From positions 160,001 through 224,000 of the forward strand of contig CAVYSE010000011.1 in the NCBI GenBank assembly GCA_963771075.1: a DNA stretch of 64,000 bases, given 5' to 3'. Positions 28,833 to 38,900 of this stretch are shown here, in pieces (the first letter of the stretch is position 1; the number at the start of each line of letters is the position of its first letter). The notes beneath the pieces are model-generated. The model did no database searches. It was not told the DNA's origin and saw only the letters and a program-made list of their open reading frames with translations. The position numbers and the translations under genes are program-made. Origin of the DNA: a candidate division FCPU426 bacterium (GTDB lineage: Bacteria; Oederibacteriota; Muellerivitia; Muellerivitales; Muellerivitaceae).

Positions 28833-30065
28833 ATGAAAAGGTTTTTGTTTTTTTCGATTTTGACTTCCCTGTTTCTGGCGGGATGGGGTACTAAGGTTTT
28901 CGCCCAAGCTACCGAAGTTAAGAATCAGGGAACCCCGGCGGTGACTCCTGAGGCGACGATGGCCGTACCCGCCTCTCCGGTTATAACGGTGGGTGGCTTG
29001 GTGGATGCGTACTATACCTACAACTTCACCAACTCCAGCAAAAACATGAACGGCCACGGAAACGTTGGATACAGCTATGACAACCTTAACGCCGTAGGTT
29101 TGAACAACGTCGACGATGTTTTCTCCCTGGGCGTGGCGGAATTGATCGTGAAGATGAAGCAGGGCGACGTCAGCGGGATCGTGGCGATATGGACACAGAT
29201 GGAAGCGGGCAACTCCGTTATGAACATCTTGGTGGCCAACGCGACCTACTCCCCCGGGCAATTCGCCTTCATGGCCGGCCGTTTCGGTGATTTTATGGGG
29301 AACGAGGCGTTCGATACCAACATGAACTGGAACTACAGCCATTCGCTCATGTACAACGATACCCTGCCCTTGTGGCTTCAGGGTGTTAGCGCCGCCTATA
29401 TGCCTTCCGATTCCTTCAAGGTCACGGCTTACGCGACGGAAGGATGGATCAACGACCCGGGTAATATGAACGATTATGGGAAAACCTACGGGTTGGCGAT
29501 TAACATCAAACCCGATGAGGTTTGGGGCGTGAAGTTGAACGGAATTGCCGGGCCGAACGAAGGGTATTACTCGAGCGTCACGAATCCGGGGGACTCCCTT
29601 TACGTGGGCGAACTCATCCTCAAGTGCACGGCGACCCAAGACTTTTCATGGGCCCTGGATGCCGAGTATGGCGGGTTGGACCCTGTGGCCGAGGATCATT
29701 TGGCCAGCTTGAGCAGTGAGACCTTCTGGGGCGCGGCCCTTTACGGCAGATACAACATCGCGGCGGACTGGAACATTGGACTTCGTCTGGAAGAATTGGA
29801 ATCGAGCAATAGCTGGCTTTATAACGGCATGATTCCTTCGGTCACACCTTATGTGGAAACCCGAGAAGCCACTTTGACGCTATCCAACCAAGTCACGAAA
29901 AACCTGTTGCTCCGCCTGGAAGGCCGTTACGACATGGCCTTGACCGGCGGAACGATGGATGCGGCCGAGACCACCTCTCCCACGGGCGGGGTTTACGTTG
30001 GGCCTTACGCGGGCGGGTCCGGCGATCAATTGACGACCACCGCCAGCGCGGTGTTGAGCTTCTAA
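28833..30065 (+). CDS. Outer-membrane beta-barrel porin (BBP2/OmpL-like)
   Basis: Signal peptide, G.VDAYY.YNF, GRF....G.E, NYSHS, LRLEGRYD, C-terminal Phe. Confidence 0.75.
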   Translation: MKRFLFFSILTSLFLAGWGTKVFAQATEVKNQGTPAVTPEATMAVPASPVITVGGLVDAYYTYNFTNSSKNMNGHGNVGYSYDNLNAVGLNNVDDVFSLGVAELIVKMKQGDVSGIVAIWTQMEAGNSVMNILVANATYSPGQFAFMAGRFGDFMGNEAFDTNMNWNYSHSLMYNDTLPLWLQGVSAAYMPSDSFKVTAYATEGWINDPGNMNDYGKTYGLAINIKPDEVWGVKLNGIAGPNEGYYSSVTNPGDSLYVGELILKCTATQDFSWALDAEYGGLDPVAEDHLASLSSETFWGAALYGRYNIAADWNIGLRLEELESSNSWLYNGMIPSVTPYVETREATLTLSNQVTKNLLLRLEGRYDMALTGGTMDAAETTSPTGGVYVGPYAGGSGDQLTTTASAVLSF

Positions 30066-30090
30066 TCGAGCCTTAAGGGAACATTTTTCC

Positions 30091-30155
30091 AAAGGCTGAA
30101 ACCTCTATTTGACGCCGTGTTTTAATTTCTCTGAGGTTTCAGCCTTTTATTTTTT
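30091..30155 (+). terminator. Long hairpin plus T-tract between porin and satP
   Basis: AAAGGCTGAAACCTC (30091-30105) pairs perfectly with GAGGTTTCAGCCTTT (30133-30147), then TATTTTTT. Confidence 0.6.
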
Positions 30156-30209
30156 GACGGTTGATCGGATGGGCTTGTGCGTATTCATCTAATAAAGGAG
30201 GCAGGAACA

Positions 30210-30809
30210 ATGACGACTCAAAGTGAACCCATGAAGCTTGCGGACACTACTGCTAATCCGGCACCCTTGGGCTTGTTGGGCTTCGGGATGACGACCGTGT
30301 TGTTAAACTTCCACAACGCGGGGTTTTATGCTCTGGATTCGATGGTCTTGGCTATGGGCATTTTTTACGGCGGCTTAGCCCAGGTGATCGCAGGGGTCCA
30401 AGAATGGAAAAAGAACAACACCTTCGGCGCCACGGCCTTTACTTCCTACGGGATGTTCTGGCTGACCTTGGTGGCTCTGCTGACCCTGCCCAAGCTGACG
30501 TTCCTGGGTTGGGCTGGCCCGGATGCCAACTCCTTCTCGGTTTACCTGGCTCTCTGGGGTATCTTTACATTGGTTATGTTCGTGGGAACTTTAAAACTCA
30601 ACCGCGCTCTACAGGTTGTTTTCGGATCGCTCGTTATTCTTTTCTTCATGCTTTCCGCCGGCAAGGCAATGGGAAGCGAGGATATCATCCACATCGCCGG
30701 GTATGAGGGTATATTCTGCGGGGCATCGGCGATCTATACCGGGCTGGCCCAGGTCCTCAACGAGGTTTACGGAAAAGTGGTTTGGCCGCTGGGACCCGTG
30801 AAGAAATAG
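30210..30809 (+). CDS. satP: Acetate uptake channel SatP (GPR1/FUN34/YaaH)
   Basis: ANPAPLGLLGF, FYGGLAQ, NTFGATAFTSYG.FW; RBS AAGGAGG. Confidence 0.93.
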   Translation: MTTQSEPMKLADTTANPAPLGLLGFGMTTVLLNFHNAGFYALDSMVLAMGIFYGGLAQVIAGVQEWKKNNTFGATAFTSYGMFWLTLVALLTLPKLTFLGWAGPDANSFSVYLALWGIFTLVMFVGTLKLNRALQVVFGSLVILFFMLSAGKAMGSEDIIHIAGYEGIFCGASAIYTGLAQVLNEVYGKVVWPLGPVKK

Positions 30810-30869
30810 TCGGACAAAGTTAAACGGCTATTAGGACTCATTTTAAATTATTTTAGTTTTATGTTTATG

Positions 30870-30896
30870 AAACCCGCCCCAATGGGCGGGTTTTTT
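30870..30896 (+). terminator. Rho-independent terminator after satP
   Basis: CCCGCCC-caat-GGGCGGG-T6. Confidence 0.85.
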
Positions 30897-30971
30897 GTTA
30901 ATTACCATGAAAAGATTATAGAAATAAGCCAAATTTCTTCTTTTTACTCTTTGGAAATCCTCTTTATTTTC

Positions 30972-30985
30972 ATGACTGAAATCAT
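30972..30985 (+). promoter_or_regulatory. Crp/Fnr-type box ATGAC-TGAA-ATCAT (1 mismatch), upstream of the Crp/Fnr gene
   Basis: Near-consensus site; possible autoregulation. Confidence 0.6.
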
Positions 30986-31104
30986 AGAAATAACGGGCTC
31001 GATTTTTGTCGTAATCCATTATGTTTCTTCGGCCCTATACCTTGCCCTTTAGTTGGCATGTCGTTACAATTTATAAAAGGAGTTGAAAAGGGGAGGAATG
31101 CGCA

Positions 31105-31803
31105 ATGCTTCATTCACAAACATCGCCCGGCAAACAACCTAACATGGTTGGCCGCTCCTTTATTTCCTCCCTGGAAGTTTTCAAAAAGATCCCATCTTCC
31201 CACCTGCTTGAACTCGAAAAGAAAATGGTTGAGCGCAAGTATGCCAAGGGTGAATCCCTTTTCCTCGAAGGCGACCCGGCAGAATACGTCTGGTTTGTCA
31301 AGGAAGGCCATGTCAAGGCCGTTATCCATACCGCCAATGGGCGGGATTTGACCCTCTGTATGGTGGGGGCGAATAGTCTTTTCGGGACCTGCTGCTGTTT
31401 CGGAGGGGGAGAATATCCCTGTCACAGCGTGGCGGAAACTGAAACCACAGTCGTGGCCCTTCCCATGCAGGAGTTCATCAATCTTTTGGATAAATACCCG
31501 GAAGTTGGTAAGTCCATCGTTTTCCACCTTTCCAAACGCTTACGCCAGGCCAAAGATATGCAGACCTTTGACCAGGAAAGCGTGGAAAAACGGATTCTTC
31601 ACCTTCTCGTGAACCTTGTGGCTGAATTCGGCAACACCATCCCCTTGACCCGGCGTGAGATCGCGGAAATGACTGGAACAACGGTGGAAACTTGTATCCG
31701 AACCTTTTCCAATCTTGAAAAGGAAGGGTTGGTTTCCAGCGCTAGGGGAAAGATTACAGTAAAAAGCGTACAAGATTTGATCGATCGGCAGGAGGAACTT
31801 TAA
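31105..31803 (+). CDS. Crp/Fnr family transcriptional regulator, Cys-rich
   Basis: cNMP-like domain (Y.KGE.LF.EGD, G.VK), LCM..GTCCC..PCH, HTH LTRREIAEMTGTTVETCIR. Confidence 0.93.
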   Translation: MLHSQTSPGKQPNMVGRSFISSLEVFKKIPSSHLLELEKKMVERKYAKGESLFLEGDPAEYVWFVKEGHVKAVIHTANGRDLTLCMVGANSLFGTCCCFGGGEYPCHSVAETETTVVALPMQEFINLLDKYPEVGKSIVFHLSKRLRQAKDMQTFDQESVEKRILHLLVNLVAEFGNTIPLTRREIAEMTGTTVETCIRTFSNLEKEGLVSSARGKITVKSVQDLIDRQEEL

Positions 31804-31830
31804 AAATATTGTATTGAAGCAATATTCCTT

Positions 31831-31863
31831 AAAAAAAACCGCCCCTGAAGGAGCGGTTTTTTT
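31831..31863. terminator. Bidirectional terminator
   Basis: A8-CCGC..CC-tgaa-GG..GCGG-T7. Confidence 0.8.
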
Positions 31864-31892
31864 GTTTTTGAACGATTTTGAGCTTAGAACAA

Positions 31893-32234
31893 CTACCGAT
31901 TGGAAGTTGCTTTCATCGAATCGGTTTTGCGTGAAAGAATTAGCAAATGGATTTCGTGGTCTCGGGTTCCCTCCAGAATGACCTGAACCGATTCCATTGA
32001 GGACCAAGGGGCGAAATAAAGCTTGTTTTCACCTTCCTTATCCCGCGGAATTTCCCTTAACGAGATCGTATCTACCTTTTCCAGAAAAAAACGGCCCCAA
32101 AGCCAGAGACCGGTATCGTCTTTCTGAGAAACCTGGCCGCGAAAAATGGTGTTCTCCGACTTATTTCCGGTTTTGGTGAATGCGTCTTTCCACAAAATCC
32201 GAACATGATGACCGGCGAGTTGATATTCATCCAT
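31893..32234 (-). CDS. Hypothetical protein, possible Sm/LSm-like fold
   Basis: L.G..VRI...F.G.V...DD.GL.L and F.PW..M..V patterns. Confidence 0.55.
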   Translation of the reverse strand: MDEYQLAGHHVRILWKDAFTKTGNKSENTIFRGQVSQKDDTGLWLWGRFFLEKVDTISLREIPRDKEGENKLYFAPWSSMESVQVILEGTRDHEIHLLILSRKTDSMKATSNR

Positions 32235-32438
32235 GGTGTTGTTTCATCCGGTTATTAGTTGATTTAGACCCGAGTCCAAACGGTCTATGGGTAAATTATG
32301 CCACGAGGTTAGGTTTTTGGGCCGATGTTTCTTTTGAAATTGTTGAATGGTAGTGAGGCGCGAATAGTTGACGAATTTCTATTTGATGTAACGCTCAAAC
32401 TTGAAAACCCCAGCCCTTAACGAAACAATGTAACCGTT

Positions 32439-33290
32439 TCAACTTAATTTCCCAGTCTGGTAGTCCATGAAAGCCTGCTTCAGTTCCCCCATTGTGTTCA
32501 TGACGAAGGGCCCCCCACGGACGATTGGTTCTTCGATCTTCTGCGCGCTGGCGAAGAGGAAATGAACTGCATTCTTGGTGGCGGATTGAACTTGCACCCA
32601 GGTTCCCGGCCCGAAAATTCCAAGATGGGCTTTTGGAACGGACTGGTTGTTTTTTTGACCGCCCGTTTGTGCCTGACCCTCAATGACGTATAAAAAGGCA
32701 TTTTGATTTTCGGGAATTGGAAGGGAAAAGACCGAACCTGGCTCCAGTTTGATATCCAAATAAGTAAAAGGGATGAAGGATTGGGCTGGACTTTTAAACC
32801 CGCCGTATTCACCGGCCAAGACCTTGACCCTTACCCCATTTCCGTCAACCATCGGCAATAACTCTTTACCGATGTCCTGGTAGCGCGGGTTTGTCATTTT
32901 CTGTTTGGCGGGAAGGTTCAGCCACAACTGAAATCCCCAAGCCAAACCATCGGTTTGTTCAGGCATTTCGCTATGAATTAGGCCGCGGCCGGCGGTCATC
33001 CATTGGATAGAACCGGCGGTTAAATGGCCTTCGTGCCCCTTGGAGTCGCGGTGCGTGAAGGCCCCCGCCATCATATAGGTGACGGTCTCGAACCCACGGT
33101 GGGGGTGGTTGGGAAATCCAGCTCTGTAATCATCCGGATTGTCATTCTTGAATTCATCCAGCAAGAGAAAAGGGTCCAAATGGTCCAATTCTCGGGTGCC
33201 GATGATGCGCTTTAGCTTGACCCCGGCGCCATCCGAGGTGGGGATTCCTGCGTGGATTTGAACAATGTCTCGAATTAGAGTTTCTTTCAT
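32439..33290 (-). CDS. Pirin family protein
   Basis: DPFLLLD, HPHRGFETVTY, WMTAG.G..HSE, FQLW.NLP, GPFVMNT. Confidence 0.93.
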   Translation of the reverse strand: MKETLIRDIVQIHAGIPTSDGAGVKLKRIIGTRELDHLDPFLLLDEFKNDNPDDYRAGFPNHPHRGFETVTYMMAGAFTHRDSKGHEGHLTAGSIQWMTAGRGLIHSEMPEQTDGLAWGFQLWLNLPAKQKMTNPRYQDIGKELLPMVDGNGVRVKVLAGEYGGFKSPAQSFIPFTYLDIKLEPGSVFSLPIPENQNAFLYVIEGQAQTGGQKNNQSVPKAHLGIFGPGTWVQVQSATKNAVHFLFASAQKIEEPIVRGGPFVMNTMGELKQAFMDYQTGKLS

Positions 33291-33479
33291 TCGTTAGCTC
33301 CCTTGGACCACAACATTAGGAAAAGAAAATAAATAAAGCCAGTAGTTACCGGTTGACCACTTGTTCGAAGGAGGGAAAGGGTAAATAGTACCCAATGGAT
33401 TTATAAGACCCGGTATGAAACCCAAATTTGAAGCTGTGGATCCATATTTCCTTCTTATTTTAGGGCATATGGGATTGGC

Positions 33480-35297
33480 ATGGCGGTTGCTGTGGTAATG
33501 GATATGAACAGCGGTGCCCTTATTGCCCATCCTAAGCCGCTCCTAGAACACTTCGCGTGGTTGCGGTATTTCCGTTTGCCTTCTTTAAATTCCAAAAACA
33601 CCAAAAAGGACGCCTTGGTCAGTTTGAGGGCCCTCTTTTTATTAGTGATGCTGGTCCTGCTGTTCTTTAGCCCGAACCCGAGGTTAGGTTCAAACGAACT
33701 CGCTTTAGAAATCTATCTCGGTCTTTTTGGTTTATCGGTATTTGGAATGTTTTTTGTCAAAAAAGAATGGCTGGAACTTAAATTCACCCTTCCCGCCATT
33801 TTTTTGATGGATACCTTTTTTATAACAATCGGGTTGTATTTGGTGGGGTTGGCCGATAGCGACCTATTTTTGGTCTTTTTCACCACTGTTTTCATCTCAG
33901 CCCTCTCCCAGGATGTGAAAAGCGTTTGCTTGGTGGCCGGTGTTTCCTGCCTGCTTTATGGTTTCCTTGAGTTCCGTGAAACGGGTAATTTTTGGATCAG
34001 CGACACGAATTTCCTGGTTCGTTTTCCTTTTTTGATCGTGGCGGCGACGATGAGCGGTTTTTTGGCCATGGATACCAAGCGCCATAAGGAAGAAACTTCC
34101 CGTCTCCAAGTCATGAACCGGTTTCTCGCGGAACAGGCGGATGTTTCCACCCTGAAACTCTTTGAGACGAACCAAAAGATGAAAAGTTTGCTCGAGTATC
34201 ACCATTGTGTACTCTTCTCAATTAAGACGGGGATTATCGTGGTCCAGAAAGATGGGAGGGTGCGAACCTTTAATTCGGGGGCCCGCCAGATCACGGGATG
34301 CGTTGAGGCCGAAATGGCCGATATTTGTCTGGACCAATTTCCTGAGAATTTGAAGCCGGTTTCCCGAGCCCTTCAAAGAACCTTGATCGAAGAAAAGTCG
34401 TTTGTCATGGAAAACCTGGATCTCAAAAGTACCCGGTCCGAAATCGTGCCCGTGAACCTGGAGACCTCGCTTCTGCGGGATGGGACGGGTCAAATTATAG
34501 GCGCCATCGCGACCCTCAAGGATATATCCCTTCTGAACCAACTGGAAAGGCAGTTGGTTCGAAGCGAACGGTTTTCGGCATTGGGTGAGATGGCGGCGGG
34601 CATGGCCCATGAGATCAAAAACCCCCTTAATTCAGTCCAGGGTTTTTCAAAACGCCTCTCCGCCAAGATCTCCGATCCCAGTCTGAAGAAATACGCGGAT
34701 ATCATCGCGGAAGAAGTGGGCCGGATGGACAACATCGTAAACGAAATATTGGATTTCAGCCGCACCGATACGCTTCACCGATCCTGGGTGGATTTACATC
34801 AGATGATGCGCGAAACGGTGGCGTTTTTAGGGGAAAAAATCGAAAAGGCCAATGTGGTCGTCAAAGAGGAATTTCTTCAAGACCTACCCCAGGTGGAAGC
34901 GGACCTGCCCAAAATCAGGCAAGTGGTCTTGAATTTGATCCTGAACGCCGTTCAAGCCATGCCCCAAGGCGGAACCCTGACCTTAAAAACGAAATTTTTG
35001 GATGGGTTCATTCCCAAAGGCGAGGTGAAAGTGAGTAAAGATTTGGCTTATCAACAGTTGTTTTTACAGGAAAAAATGGTGGTTCTAACGGTCCAAGACA
35101 CGGGTTGCGGCATACCCGCTGAGAATTTAGCCAAAGTTTTCCAACCCTTTTTTACCACCAAGATCACGGGTACCGGATTGGGATTGAGCGTGTGCCATAA
35201 GCTTGTCGCGGCGCATGGAGGGACGTTGGACGTAGAAAGCACGGTAGGGGTGGGGACGTCGTTTTCAATTTATTTGCCGGTTCATCAGGAGGAGTAA
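33480..35297 (+). CDS. Membrane PAS sensor histidine kinase (start uncertain)
   Basis: TM region, PAS, LGEMAAGMAHEIKNPL, NLILNA, DTGCG, GTGLGL. Confidence 0.9.
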   Translation: MAVAVVMDMNSGALIAHPKPLLEHFAWLRYFRLPSLNSKNTKKDALVSLRALFLLVMLVLLFFSPNPRLGSNELALEIYLGLFGLSVFGMFFVKKEWLELKFTLPAIFLMDTFFITIGLYLVGLADSDLFLVFFTTVFISALSQDVKSVCLVAGVSCLLYGFLEFRETGNFWISDTNFLVRFPFLIVAATMSGFLAMDTKRHKEETSRLQVMNRFLAEQADVSTLKLFETNQKMKSLLEYHHCVLFSIKTGIIVVQKDGRVRTFNSGARQITGCVEAEMADICLDQFPENLKPVSRALQRTLIEEKSFVMENLDLKSTRSEIVPVNLETSLLRDGTGQIIGAIATLKDISLLNQLERQLVRSERFSALGEMAAGMAHEIKNPLNSVQGFSKRLSAKISDPSLKKYADIIAEEVGRMDNIVNEILDFSRTDTLHRSWVDLHQMMRETVAFLGEKIEKANVVVKEEFLQDLPQVEADLPKIRQVVLNLILNAVQAMPQGGTLTLKTKFLDGFIPKGEVKVSKDLAYQQLFLQEKMVVLTVQDTGCGIPAENLAKVFQPFFTTKITGTGLGLSVCHKLVAAHGGTLDVESTVGVGTSFSIYLPVHQEE

Positions 35298-35300
35298 GCC

Positions 35301-35693
35301 ATGGATAAAAGACAAATATCAATATTGGTGGCCGAGGATGAAGACAACGCCCGTTTGCTTTATTTTGACGAACTCTCGGATGAGGGATACCGCGTCTACC
35401 CCGCCATGAATGGCCTTCAAGCCTTGGGCCTGCTGGAAGATAACAAGATCGATTTGGTCGTCACCGATATCAAAATGCCGGACATGCATGCCTTGGAGAT
35501 GATCCCCTGGATCCGGGCTGAATACCCCGGATTGCCGGTCATCGTGGTTTCGGCTTTCAAGGGCATGGAAAATGACTTCAATTTGAAAGAAAATTTCATC
35601 GATGGCTTTTTCGCAAAACCAGTGAATATGGAAGCGCTGAAAAGGAAAATAGAAGAAATCTTGACCAGCCGTTTGGCGCACCATGCCGCGTAA
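35301..35693 (+). CDS. Single-domain response regulator
   Basis: VAEDE, TDIKMP, VSA, KP. Confidence 0.9.
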   Translation: MDKRQISILVAEDEDNARLLYFDELSDEGYRVYPAMNGLQALGLLEDNKIDLVVTDIKMPDMHALEMIPWIRAEYPGLPVIVVSAFKGMENDFNLKENFIDGFFAKPVNMEALKRKIEEILTSRLAHHAA

Positions 35694-35974
35694 ATGAACC
35701 TTCATAAATGGTTTCAACCTGGGTTGGGGCATGATTGCATGAGTTCTGTTTTATTGATGTCCTCCATCATCTGAAATTGTGCGGCAGTCCTTCCATTTTG
35801 TGGTCCTACTCAAAGATGTTTTTTCCATTTGAGAATTATTTACACAGCTCCTCCGAACCTTTTTAATAGGATCAACACATTTTCTTTTGCAGCCAAAGGG
35901 AGTGTTAGAATAGGAAAACCCAATACGCTCCGATTGGGACCGGCGACCCAGCGGCTCAAGAAAAGGCGTATACG

Positions 35975-38900
35975 ATGAAACCCGTCCCTGGCGACTCCAA
36001 CCCAGATTCCGAAGAGAAACGATTGCTTCTCATTTGCCATGAGGATCTAATCGCCTCGCGTATCCTTAAAATCCTTGAAAAGATTTCTGTGGAGCCATAC
36101 GCCGTTGAGCGAGCGATGATTTTCGGACAGGTTTTCAAGGCGGTGGCAAACCCAAGTTTCCACATTTGTTTGATCGTGGAAAGCACCGACCCGAATCAAG
36201 CCCTTAGTTTTTTGCATACCTCCCTGTTGAAACAACGCGACATTCCAATAATCCTCCTGAGCCATATGGACCCGGACGCGGGGACGGTGGAAGCGTTCCG
36301 ACTCGGGGCCGCCGATTTCATTTCGTTGAATCAATTAGACGCGACGGTTTTGGAGCGCTCCCTCCGCTACGCCCTCGAACGCAAAAGGGCGAGAGATGCC
36401 GTCCGTGAGAGTGAGGATTTTTTTCGCGTCGTCATCGAGAATAATCAAGACGGCATCTCGGTCATCGACCCGAATGGAAAAGTCCGCTATACCAGTTCTT
36501 CCTTGTCGAGGATATTGGGTTATAGCCCCGAGGAAAGGATCGGTAAATATACGTTCGATGTTTTGCACCCCGATGACATGAATTGGATCCAAGAAGCGTT
36601 CAAGGGGTTGTTGCAAAATCCGGGAAGTGTTCAAAAGGGACAAGTTCGCGCGCGACACAAAGACGGCGCTTGGCGTTATTTGGACTTGGCCGCGAAAAGC
36701 CATTATTTTTCCCAGTATTCCTCCCTCGCCGTGGTTTTGAATTACCGGGATGTGACCGACCGGGTCAAAGCCCAACAGGTCACGGAACGGCTGGCCTCTA
36801 TTGTCGATTCCTCCCATGACGCCATTTATACCCTTTCCCGGGAAGGCGTCATATTCAGCTGGAATCCGAGGGCCCGGGAAATCTATGGATTTCCGCCCGA
36901 GGAAATCAGCGGCCGGCATTTTTCGCTCATCATGGATCAGGATGAAAGCAACCGTTTTCAAACAACGCTGGAAGAAGTTTTTGAAGGCCGGGGACCGAAT
37001 TCTTTTCAAACAACCCACCGCTCAAAGGTCGGGAAACTCATTTCTGTTTCCTTGGTCCTTTCCCCGATTAGGGATTCCAAGGGACAAATTAACCGGGTTT
37101 CAGTTATCGCACGGGATATTTCACCCGAATACAAGTTAATGGAAATCGGGAAACGGCTTTCCAGCCTTCTCGAGAACGCGCCCACCGCCATTTACAGCGG
37201 GGACAAAGAAGGCGTTATCACGATGTGGAGCCGGGGAGCGGAGAAAATATTCGGTTATAAAGCGGAGGAAATGATCGGCCAAAAAACCGATATTTTGGAA
37301 GTGCCCGAAAATCCGGGCGAGATTGCGAAGTTACGAAAAGAAGTGAACGATGGAAAGGCTCATATCCATTATGAGACCGTACGCCGTCGTAAAGACGGAA
37401 GCCGGGTCAACATGATATTCCAGATATTCCCGGCTTTGGATGCCAATGGAAAAAATGTCGGAGTAACCGCGATTGGGGAGGACGTTACTTCCCGAATGAT
37501 AGCGGAACGGGCTTTAAATGAAAGCGAGGCCCGTCTTCGTGATATTTTTGAAAAGAGCCCCTTGGGAATGGCCTTGACGACCACCAGCGGTCTATTGAGG
37601 ATCGTCAACCCGAAGTTTTGCCAGATGCTTGGATATGAACCTTCCGAATTGATCGATCGGCCCATTATGGAGATCAGTTACCCCCAAGACCTGCCGAGAG
37701 AAGTGGAGGGGATGAGAAATTTAATCCAAGGAAAAATCGGTTACTTGGAATTGGATAAAAGATACCTCCATAAAAGGGGGCATTGGATATGGACCCATCT
37801 GGTCGCTTCCATGTTAACCCCCGAAAAAAGCGAGGATAACCTGGTATTGGGAATGGTGGAGGATATCACGGACCGGGTCTTCGCGAAGAGGGCTTTGGAG
37901 GAAAGCGAGGCCCGATTCAAGCAGATATTTCATGAAAGCCCCATTGGTATGGGTTTGGTGCGGCAGGACGGCATCGTTTTGATGATCAATCCGAAGTTCT
38001 GCCAGCTTCTGGGATATAACGAGTCCGAATTGATCGGCCGAAATTATTTTGAGTTCATTTCGCCGGACGAACTAAAAGAAGCCAAGGATAACCTGGCGGC
38101 CATGTACCGGGGAGACCGGCATTCCTATTCGGTTGAACGGCGGTACCGCCGCAGGGATGGCCAATGGTTTTGGGGCCATATGGAAGTGACCAGGATGAAA
38201 ACAGCCGAAGGCGCCCCGCTTTTGGCTTTCGGAATGTTGGAAGACATCAGCGAACGCAAGAAATCGCAGGAAACAAGGGAGTTCCTGGTCAATGTACTCG
38301 AAAACACCGGGGAAGCCGTCATCACCGCCGACTTGAACGGGACCTTGCTTAGCTGGAACAAGGCAGCGGAAACCCTTTACGGATTCACGGCGGCGGAGGC
38401 GATAGGCAAAAAAGCCCGGGATCTCATGCCGGAAGGAAAAGCGCGGGAAATTCAAGCGTTAATGGATCGGTTCATTCAGGGGGAGAAAATTAAGAACCAT
38501 GAAATGATCCGCTTAAAGAATAACGGGGAGCCTTTTTACGCCTCCATCACCTTTTCATTGTTAAAGGACGAAAGGGGCGCCAAAAAGGGCATTACCATGG
38601 TCATCCGGGACGTCAGTGAAATGAAAAAGGCCCGTAAGTCCCAAGACCGATTGGCGAACATCCTTGAACATTCCTATGACGCCATCCTTGGCATCGATAT
38701 GGAAGGCGTGATCACCCATTGGAATATAGGCGCCGAGACAATGTTCGGATACACCGCCTCGGAAGCGCACGGCCAAAACATCCAATTGCTGGTCCCGGAG
38801 GAATATCGGTCGGAAACACGTTATTTGATGGAAAAAGCGGTCAAGGGGGAGTCGGTCGGAAATTTCGAGACCGTGCGGAGAAGAAAAAACGGTTCCCTGA

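Noticed and set aside
31053..31070. TTGGCATG as a sigma-54 promoter for the Crp/Fnr gene
   Set aside because: No GC at the -12 position
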